From the NCBI GenBank assembly GCA_032718475.1, contig JAUCBJ010005652.1:75676-139675 (forward strand): 64,000 nt of DNA, read 5' to 3'. Below the pieces are notes generated by a model that searched no databases, was not told the origin of the DNA, and was given only the letters and a program-made list of their open reading frames with translations. Made by a program: the position numbers and the translations under genes. Source of the DNA: Nemertoderma westbladi. Taxonomy: Eukaryota > Animalia > Xenacoelomorpha. Shown piece by piece: positions 35,331 through 44,899 of the stretch; within the stretch, counting starts at the first letter, position 1; each line of letters opens with the position of its first letter.

Positions 35331-36909
35331 AAGCGGGCGTCGCTGCCTACTAGTCTTTGACCCCGGACAGTGGGTTTCTCAGCGCCGATGTACCGTTGTA
35401 GCGGTGTTTGCGCCAACATGTAGCAACAGCACGACAACGATAATCGACACAAGTCCCACCACTGTCCGTCCCAAAGGCTTGAATCCACTTGAGGTTATCT
35501 CGGTAGAGTTAGGCTACTTTACAATTGCGATTAGCTACTGTAAACACACTTTAGTAGTATCATTCACCTATAAACGCACAAATTCCATACAATCATTACT
35601 TACTGCACACATGCAAGCCATTTTGTCCGTTAGTCATTGTCTTCCAGAATGTCACGTTATTACTATGTATCCTTGGATACTAATAGTGCGCTATGTATTC
35701 TCTTATGCTACGCAATGGGGCAAGCCTTTATTGTTCCTTTAACTTGCTTCTAATTCCAGCGTGGGTGTTGCCATGGTGACATTATGGAAAACTAGCGGTA
35801 GAATTAGGGTAATTCTCATGCATACAGATCTGGGATGTTATTTAATAGTAATTCTTTAATTGTCAATATCCTCTTTATGCATGATTTTATAAATTTTATC
35901 GGCTATTGACTATATGTTGGAGATTCTCACACTCTAATACACTCAATATGAATCTCCGCTCCCATGATCTATTAATTACTGGAATTTTGGGAATGTTATA
36001 AATTGCACAAAATGACAATTTATGAAATTCATTTGAATATGAATTTAAATTTATTCCCGTGAATTTTATTATTTGATGTTAAATTGACACAAATTTTATT
36101 CCAGAGCATATCTGGGGACTTAGGATCCTTAATTCTATAAAATAGTCCTTCTAAGAATATCGGTAAATACTGCGATATCTTAATTGACTAGAAATTTTAA
36201 AGGATCGGGATTTTACAGATTTTAATAAATATTAAATTAATATTTAGGATGGGCACCGATTTATTCCAGAACTTGTCTGGGGACATTAACCACTGATTCT
36301 AGAATTTGTCTTTCAAGTATATCGGTGGGTGCCGCGATATCTTAATCGACTAGAATTACAGGTGGTCAAAGGGTTTAACAGATTTATTTTGCGTTATACG
36401 CTACTGTTAAAGGGACATCACGCTACTATATGTATTATTTAATATAAGGTAGAAGAGCAATATCGCACGAAGCAATGTCAGTGTGAAGAGGCAAGTCGTT
36501 TCCAAGGTCTACCCAGAGCTTGGTTTAGCCGAGACACGAGGATCTGAACTTTGCATTCCTAATACTCTGCCTACCAATAATACTTAAATATAGTAGTGGC
36601 TTTATTGTACTTTAATAAGTACGGACATTTCATCTTACTGTAGTCACGTATTTATAATATGATACGGACAGTAAGGAAAGAGAAAAAATAATTATTTCTC
36701 GCCGTCGCACTAAATATATATTATAAATAATTACGTACGTAATAAACGCTAATATATTGCACTAATCTACTAAATAATCCCTAAAATAACATTCTACCAA
36801 ATAAAATTAAAGAAAACGATTATAATAATATTACGTAATAATACATACATAAATATAAAATAAAAAACAAATATAAAATGATATAGTCACACACCCACTC
36901 CATATGTTA

Positions 36910-39900
36910 TTATGTTATGGAGTCCCTAGATATTTGTCGGATTAGGGAAGTGGTCGTAGGAAGAGTATCTTGCCTTCCATAGTTTCCGGACAGTTTTTGG
37001 TCTCTTTCCAGTAAACATAAACGACCAGCTGGGTGATTGGGTTGTCGTGTTACTTTCTCCGCTCCCTTGGCCTGTCTAATCTCAGCCGGGTTAAGGTGGG
37101 GAGGCCATTCATCTTCTTCTTTACTTAGGGAGTCGGGTCCACCTAACCAGCCTGGAGTATCTATCAGTTCTTGAGGAGTTGCTCCTCTGGAAGCGATGTC
37201 GGCTGGATTAATCGTCCCAAGGCAATGTCTCCATTGATCTACATTGGAGTTAATATCGTCATTATCTGAGGAGTATGGTGTTCCCTCAGTTGGGTCGTCC
37301 ACATCACTGCTCTCCACTTCCCCCTTTACTTGGTATACCTGTTGTTGAGGTAATCTCTCTTTGAGAGTTCTACGGGAAGGGCCAGTGAAGTACCAACCTA
37401 CTCTAGTTCTTACCGCATAGGTTTGTAGTGGCTGTGGTTGAGCAGGCCGTTTCTCTAATGGCTCGAGCGCCTCATGCGCGTTTTGGCCGATGAGTATTTG
37501 CACTCCAGGATAATCGGTTTGGAATCGAGGTATCTCAAGATGTTGGATGCACTCGTCCTCGTCCCAGTTATAAGGTTCTGCTTGAGTAGTAGCAAAGTTC
37601 TTTATAGCCACCATTTTTACTGACCTTATACCTTGTGTTCCTAACTTATCCTGGGGGGTGGACAACACACCTACATAGTAATCTGCCGTTAGGGTAGATT
37701 TCCAAACCTGCATAATTCCTGACATATTCAATTTAGTCCGGAACTTGGGTTGTCCAGCAAAGATATCTTCGGCTAGTTCTTGATCGATGAATGTTCCTGT
37801 GATGCCGGAGTCAAGTAGGGCGTTCACTATGTAACTCTTGTTGGGACCATGAACTCGAACTTGCACTACAGGAAATTCTCTTATTCCTATGTTGGAAGTT
37901 GGAACTTTCCAAGATGGTTGTTTGTCAAAAGGAGTTGGAGTAAACTCGTCAGTGTCCTTTTCATCCGTAAGTGCTCGATACACTGTGGTATTTATTAGAT
38001 AACAGGATTCGTTGGCATCGGAGAATTCGTCTGTATAGAATCCTTCCCACTCAGAACCTTGGTCAGTGTCGTTCACATCACTGAATTGGACATGTAATTC
38101 GGGCTCACTTACCTGACTCGGGTTGTCTCGTTCGAACTCACTGTGTAACAAAATGTGATGTTTCGCGCCACACTTTGCACACTTTGCGTCGGAGTAACAG
38201 GTTCGCCGTTGGTGTCCTGATCTGAGGCAATTATAGCATAACCGCTTATTCCACAGGACTGTACGTCTGTCTACAGGGGATTTCTTTAGAAATTCAGCAC
38301 ACGCACTCAAACGGTGAGGCCCGTCGCACAGCGCACATTTTGGTTTGATGTTACTCACCTTAACTTGGTTAACGTTATGCACTCTCGTTCTTTCTTCGGG
38401 CTTTCTTCCGTGAATTCTCTTAGGAGACGTAGGAGGAGTTGTTGTTACCTGTTCTCTCCTGTCACTGGTTCGAGACTTGTATTTACTTACGTCTTTATAG
38501 GTCTTGTTGTCATAGTAAGATTTTGCTGTGTCTTTCCCGCTGTCCTCTTCTTGAGAAGCTTGGCTTTCGCCGTCGTCAGTATAACACACTGGTATTATCC
38601 TTCTCCTAGAATCGGGTTTCTCACTTACCTTATTTTCCGATGTTTTCTCTCTGGCCTGCCTTATAAGTTGTAATTTTACTTCACTATCTAAGAAAGACAT
38701 GAGATCAGCCATGGTAGGACTTCGTCGTTGTTGTTCATTCATGTACAACACTTTCTTGTCCCAGCGTGTACATACTCCACCCTTTGGTAAAGTAGAGACT
38801 ACGGCTCCAATAACCATGGAACTCTGATATTCATGCGACTTACCTAACCAGTCCAGTTGTCTACAGATCTCTTGAATTTCATCGGAAAACTCTATAATCC
38901 CGCTACTAAGGAAGTGTCGGGGGGCTACTAATTTTGCATACAAATACTTAGCTATGTTATCCTTGTTACCATACCTGATGTTTAGTGTATCCCAAACTTG
39001 TCTTAATCCATCTGGATGTCCAATAAACTTTAACGCCATTAACTTGGGAGGTCCTTCCAAGCACTTGATGAGGAATCTAAGTTTCTCTCCGTTAGATAGT
39101 ACAGAGTTCTGTATGCTATCTTTGTAATATTCGTTGAAAGGTAACCATTTCATCTCATCTCCATTGAATTTGACGATCTCTCCCACTTTGACCGCTTGGC
39201 GGGCTTCTGTTCTAGCCATCTGACGCGTAAAGCTTTCTTGGACCATCGTGTTATTTAATATCGAATTATCGGTATATAAATTTCTCGGATCATTATCAGG
39301 TCTATAGGGAATATCATTAATAACAGGTTTATAATCACCCTTAATAGGGTTTGCTATAGGAGTTTCAACTTCACTAGCAGTATAGATGCGTGTAGGCTCC
39401 ACACCTTGCGCATGTAGTACTTCAGACCTAACAGGTTGACACAATGTTACAGGGGGTATTGGTATGCCCTTTTGGATATTGACTAATTTGTCGCGTTCTA
39501 GTGCGATACTTTGCTGCACTTCTTGCAACTCTGCTCTACCTTCCCTCACTGTTCCCTTAAGTTGGTGGACAGTCTCCTGCATCTGTCCCAGCAGGAGATT
39601 CATCCCCCGCCGTCCCTCTTCCACCCACTCAACCGCCAAAGCGGGAGTCGCCAACATAGTAGCGGGCTGACGCGGGACGACGGGAGACAAATTATTGATT
39701 TCTCTCTCTGCTATCTGGACAGGGGTATTTGCATGGACTGTTCCACCGGGTACAGGCAGTGTAGTACTATGTAAAGGGAATTTAGAGTTAAGCTCTGGAA
39801 GTACAGGGGTCTCTAACACAGAAGTGACTTTGGGAACGACAGGCCTAATTATTTCAGGCTCATCAACTATTGTAGGGAGTCTTGTGACCTGAATAATTTG

Positions 39901-41109
39901 TTCTGTGGGTTCTGTACTACCTAAATCTGTGCTAGTTAGCTGTCTTTTAACAGCGGGGGGCAAATCAGGCAGTTTATGACGGTGAGATGTTTTTCTACGC
40001 CTGCTTAGACGAGATCTATTTCCTCCGCCTTCAGGATCGGTGGTCTCGCCTTCCTCCGATGATGTGTATCCTTGGCGCTTGGGAGTAGATCGACTCATCA
40101 TCTGCATTTGATTAGCAGTAAACTGTTTATTTATACTGTCTTGTGTCTCTTGCAGATTTTCCAACTCCAGTTGGGTAGTCTGCTCAGAGGCTCTCCGTTC
40201 TGCTTCGGCCACTGCCCTTTCCGCCTTTGCTTCTGCCGCCGCTGCCTTTCTTTTTGCTTCTGCTTCTGCCGCTGCTGCCCTTGCTGCTATTCTTTCTGCT
40301 TCTACTTCTGCCGCCGCTGCCTTTCTTTCTGCTTCTGCTTCTGCCATAGCCGCCGCCTTTTGTTCCTCTATCCTTCTTTTCTTTATTTGTTCTTCTCGGA
40401 CTCTAATGAGGCGGAGTTTTTCATCACATTCAGCTTGGTTTGCAGCTAACATTTCGGCATCGATTGCGTCCAACACAAGCTTGGTTCCTTCACTATTAGG
40501 GGAAAGTCCAGACAGCCGTCTCCTCAACTCTTCGTCTCCTAGGAATCGCTGATAGTCGGACAAATAAATGTCGATAGCGTCTCTAGTTCGCGGCTTCTCT
40601 GCTGATGTTAATTCGCTTTCCACTTCGCTTTCCACCTCGCTTTCCACTTCGCCTTCCACCTCACTTTCCACTTCGCCTTCCACCTCACTTTCCACTTGAG
40701 AAGAAGTGGCGTCGGTTGATTCCCCACAGGCTGGCCGCCCATCATAAACCGTATCCGCCATCTTCGCTCCGCGTTCGGGCGTCCGCTCAACAGTATCCGA
40801 ACTACTGGAGCTATCGGGCCGCTGAGAACTAGGTTCTTGGCTAGGAGGTTGCTGCTGTTTTATAGCTTCTTCTTGATCCCGCTTGACTTGGGCCCGAGTG
40901 CCTATGGCAGACCAACGGCGCTTCACTAACTTCGCAAATTGCGAAATCTTTTCTACCAACCTAGGTTCTGTCACAATCACCGCAGGGGTTGCCCTTCTTA
41001 CAGTATGAGGGGTTTCAGACCTCGGTCTGGGATTCTCTACACTTTGATCCGAGAAACAGGCTGTTGTTTCTAGGAGACTATCTGACAGAGTTTGCCTTGT
41101 GTCAGCCAT
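36910..41109 (-). CDS. BEL/Pao Gag-aspartic protease polyprotein of copy B; RT and integrase absent
   Basis: DUF1759-like KFNGDEMKWLPF; three knuckles CALCDGPHRLSAC, CYNCLRSGHQRRTC, CAKCGAKHHILLH; protease ALLDSG; RNase H tail QWRH..NPADIASRG..WLGGP. Confidence 0.93.
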   Translation of the reverse strand: MADTRQTLSDSLLETTACFSDQSVENPRPRSETPHTVRRATPAVIVTEPRLVEKISQFAKLVKRRWSAIGTRAQVKRDQEEAIKQQQPPSQEPSSQRPDSSSSSDTVERTPERGAKMADTVYDGRPACGESTDATSSQVESEVEGEVESEVEGEVESEVESEVESELTSAEKPRTRDAIDIYLSDYQRFLGDEELRRRLSGLSPNSEGTKLVLDAIDAEMLAANQAECDEKLRLIRVREEQIKKRRIEEQKAAAMAEAEAERKAAAAEVEAERIAARAAAAEAEAKRKAAAAEAKAERAVAEAERRASEQTTQLELENLQETQDSINKQFTANQMQMMSRSTPKRQGYTSSEEGETTDPEGGGNRSRLSRRRKTSHRHKLPDLPPAVKRQLTSTDLGSTEPTEQIIQVTRLPTIVDEPEIIRPVVPKVTSVLETPVLPELNSKFPLHSTTLPVPGGTVHANTPVQIAEREINNLSPVVPRQPATMLATPALAVEWVEEGRRGMNLLLGQMQETVHQLKGTVREGRAELQEVQQSIALERDKLVNIQKGIPIPPVTLCQPVRSEVLHAQGVEPTRIYTASEVETPIANPIKGDYKPVINDIPYRPDNDPRNLYTDNSILNNTMVQESFTRQMARTEARQAVKVGEIVKFNGDEMKWLPFNEYYKDSIQNSVLSNGEKLRFLIKCLEGPPKLMALKFIGHPDGLRQVWDTLNIRYGNKDNIAKYLYAKLVAPRHFLSSGIIEFSDEIQEICRQLDWLGKSHEYQSSMVIGAVVSTLPKGGVCTRWDKKVLYMNEQQRRSPTMADLMSFLDSEVKLQLIRQAREKTSENKVSEKPDSRRRIIPVCYTDDGESQASQEEDSGKDTAKSYYDNKTYKDVSKYKSRTSDRREQVTTTPPTSPKRIHGRKPEERTRVHNVNQVKVSNIKPKCALCDGPHRLSACAEFLKKSPVDRRTVLWNKRLCYNCLRSGHQRRTCYSDAKCAKCGAKHHILLHSEFERDNPSQVSEPELHVQFSDVNDTDQGSEWEGFYTDEFSDANESCYLINTTVYRALTDEKDTDEFTPTPFDKQPSWKVPTSNIGIREFPVVQVRVHGPNKSYIVNALLDSGITGTFIDQELAEDIFAGQPKFRTKLNMSGIMQVWKSTLTADYYVGVLSTPQDKLGTQGIRSVKMVAIKNFATTQAEPYNWDEDECIQHLEIPRFQTDYPGVQILIGQNAHEALEPLEKRPAQPQPLQTYAVRTRVGWYFTGPSRRTLKERLPQQQVYQVKGEVESSDVDDPTEGTPYSSDNDDINSNVDQWRHCLGTINPADIASRGATPQELIDTPGWLGGPDSLSKEEDEWPPHLNPAEIRQAKGAEKVTRQPNHPAGRLCLLERDQKLSGNYGRQDTLPTTTSLIRQISRDSIT

Positions 41110-43364
41110 GTTTGATTGTACAGTCGAATGCCTACTGCTATATTACAGTTAAAGCAAGTCTAGTAATTCAGTATCACTGTTAGCCTAATAATTAATTACC
41201 GATACTGCTACTCAGTGTAGCGTGATATATATATAATATATTAGAATACCGGTATGCTTATAATATATATATAAGTATTATTACAGACTAGATTTGTCAC
41301 AGAGTACCGGTATATAATTTTAGCACAAATATATATAAATATATAATAGGCCTATCGTGAATACCGGTATACAGCCTACACTTATAGTATATAAGTATAA
41401 TTCTGGACTATAATTAATTACAGAGTACCGGTATGATTTCAGCACAAATTTATAGAAATAAATATAATAAGCCTATGGTAAGTACCGGTATGTCAATTAT
41501 TTTTAGAATAATTGAATTCCTGAATATTTTAGGGTTACTTAGTTACTTTAACTTACTTTATTACCGTTATTTAAGCAGTAGTCCAACTGATATTGAGACC
41601 TAGTTGTTGTATGGCAGGCCTACTATTTATAAATCGTTTGAGTTGATTTATAATATTTATATACCCGTTTAAATGGGTTTTTGTCAATATTTGAAATAAA
41701 TGTTATTATTTCTGGGGGTCACTACACGGAAGCTGTGCACTCTCAGTGAAGTGCTATTTATTTGACACTAAAACTGATAATTCTAATTTACCTAAGTTAC
41801 TTAATACTACGAATTACTTACGATACGGGTGAGATTAATTCTCTAATTAAACACAACAAAATATTACGTACGAAATTTTTTAGGGTAATTTTACAGGAAG
41901 TCTACAAACCAGTCCAACAAAGGGTTAGATTTCTGGCTATTACAAAGGACAGGGTACTACGGTATTTAAATAATAAGTAGTAGTAAATATATTGTACTGT
42001 CCAGATAGGAAAATACCACCGCCTGACGACCTATAACCGTATCGCTATAGGTACTACGTTATGTATCACGGATTGTTCCTACCCAGAAGCTAATAGAGCT
42101 AACGAATGTGCCTATCAACCACTTTACAACACAAATATACTGCCTACACTAATTACTTTGGAAAGCACTGTACACTAAACCCTAAATTAGGTACAAGTAC
42201 CGGTATAACAAATAATCAGTAGTTAAATATACTTGAACAGTTAAAAGAACCACGGCATCTGCTGGAGTGACCGAAGCACAAAGTCGTCAGTCTTTACCTA
42301 CGCCAAGCAGCCCTGATGTAGTACCGGGGTTAGTTTAACTATAACGGTATGTATAACAAGCACAATTACTGTAGGAATAAACTTGGGGACATGAATGTTG
42401 CGAATAATCGCATAAACTCTGAATAATAAATATTACGCTACCCGTACAGAATACTCAAACAAATACAAACCAAACGCTGGCAGACTACTATTAAGCCTAA
42501 ACAAACTACAGTATATGTGCAGATTCTGAAACTGTTAGTTAGTATGCGTTCTAACACGGTAGTACGACTTACTCTTTAAGAGGGGATTGTCCTTACAGCA
42601 TATGGCTGCCCCAACTTACTAACGGCACTTGATCAGACCAACTCTACACACGCAGCAATCCCTTCAGACCCAAAAATAGCCAGACAACAATCCAGCCTAC
42701 AAAATATTTGAGTAATAACTATTACGGTACCTGAACAGACCACACAAACAAACACAGACTAAAACACTGGCAGACTACGATCAAGCCTAAACAAACTACA
42801 GTATGTGCAGATTCTGAGACTGTTAGTTAGTATGCGTTCTAACACGGTAGTACGACTTATTCTTTAAGAGGGGATTGACCTTCAGCATATGGCTGCCCCA
42901 ACTTACTAACGGCACTTGATCAGACCAACTCTACACACGCCGTAATCTCTCCAAACTCAACAACAGTCAGACAGCAGCTCAGCCTACAATTATCTGAACA
43001 ATCTGAGCAGGGTCACACGCCTTCTGCTCAATATTAGCCTACTAGTAAATAAAACCGACAGAAATAAGTAAACTATACAAAAGAATGAGGGGTGATCAAT
43101 CCCTATTCCCCTGGCAGCCTACAATATACAATAGATCACAATCGAAATAATACTAAATGTACTTGTACAGCAGTACCGGTACCGGTGATGACAGTTAGGC
43201 CTACTGACCTACAGAAGTACCGGTTCAGTTTTACCGGTCACTACGGTATTTTGCAACCTTATTGCTTACTGCAATAAGATCGATAACTGTTACTGTTCGA
43301 CAGAACAGTATTAAACTGTATTTAATGCCTACACTTGCAACCTTATTGCTTACTGCAATAAGAT

Positions 43365-43376
43365 TATAACTGTTAC
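43365..43376 (-). promoter_or_regulatory. Non-tRNA primer-binding site of copy B (sense GTAACAGTTATA), complementary to LTR 44120-44131 (33449-33460 in the 3' LTR)
   Basis: Perfect 12-nt inverted match ending exactly at the LTR edge. Confidence 0.78.
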
Positions 43377-44612
43377 TGTTCGCGCTTTTGAAGACCTTTA
43401 GCAGTTTAACCTGCCAAAATTTATATGTCTTTTAGTTAATTAACACACCTTTAGCATACGACAATATTTTATGCTAATAAACAAAACATTAGCCGAAGCC
43501 AGCCCATGCGCGATCATTCACCCGATGGATCTACACCCGGGAGGCTGAATTCGGATGCTTAGATTTTATTATTGCAGTGTAAGGTTGCAGTGTAAGCCTA
43601 CTGTATTATTCGATAGATCACTAATAATTAATTTCTGACAGATATTATTAACTTTCGGGAAATATTAACAGTTCCTTTAGGACGTGGCGCTCTATCTATT
43701 TAAACAGAGCTAGGACTTATACTAAACGCAACGATAAGGCTTATGATTAAAGTATAAGTCGCATTCTTTAGGAAATGCTTTGTTACCAGTCACATCACAC
43801 TCACAATCATGCACACTATTCTGCCGACCGTCAGTACATTTGATCACACATGAAGAGAACAGCAATTGACTCAGGTAGTGTCCACTAAATAACATTAGAT
43901 TCAATACACACCACATTGATATAAATCGCAATTGTTATATATAGCCCGCCTCTCTAACCTGTAGTGTATCAAGAAAATTGGGAATTTGGGTGATTTATCC
44001 GTATTATCCAAAGAGCAATATTTCCATCAACAAATAGGTACAATTAATAACTGACGGTAAATAGCAGTACAAACAATATGATTAGTGCAGTTAAATTAAG
44101 TGAGGTAACACCGCCGCCGGTAACAGTTATACTTTCTATAATCTAAGCAGTTTACTAGAGTTCTTACCAAAAAGCCGGTGTTTCTGGCTTGGACAGCAAT
44201 AACAACAAAGTATCAAGTAAAAACAGTAAGACTGAACACTCTCCTTATGATCGGCTGAAAAGCTACACGTCGACAGGAAAAATCGCTCTGATTGGCTCAA
44301 GCCAAACAAAGAACTATGCGTCCAATGGCTGTTTCCATGTCAGCAACCAGCTGTTAGATGTCGTAATATGAATCATCACGGCTAAGCTGTGAAAGGTAGT
44401 TGGTGCATTACAGGTTTTTTGCTTTACCATGTCCGCCAAAACACGTATATAGCAGAATGATTTTTATGTCCGTTAAAACACCTGTAACGGTACCTTGCGG
44501 GCGAGGGGAATATATATACAGTTAGAGAACCTTTTTAGAGTATTCCAGCGCCTGGGGGGAAACTGGATTGCGAAGCAAAAGGGGCCAGTTATATCCCACA
44601 GAAGCTTTTACA
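43377..44612 (-). repeat. 5' LTR of copy B
   Basis: Same sequence and length as 32706-33941; followed by the TSD. Confidence 0.97.
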
Positions 44613-44899
44613 CAGCCAGTGCATAATCTTGTACTTTGGCAGCCTCATGGAGTGAATAAGCATGGTGGACAGCCATGACTTTCTTGAGACGCATCTTAAA
44701 GGACACTGGCCTTAAAGATGCGGATGATCTAGCAAATGTCATGGGTGATAGGGAGTTGTGGCGGTGCAATTTTGTTGACTAGCCGGCACAGCATTCTTAA
44801 AAATGCAGCTGCAATGCAGCATGCCGATCCTAGTAGTAGTAGTTCCACATTAGTGTTGTGGTTTATACTATTAGTTGATACTTACATGAACAAGGTAGT

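Larger units (their letters stand above)
32706..44612 (-). mobile_element. Complete non-autonomous BEL/Pao-type LTR retrotransposon copy B (11,907 bp; 5-bp TSD CAGCC)
   Basis: Two 1236-bp LTRs appear identical (ORFs duplicated at offset 10671). TSD CAGCC at 32701-32705 and 44613-44617. Carries a Gag-protease ORF. Confidence 0.97.
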
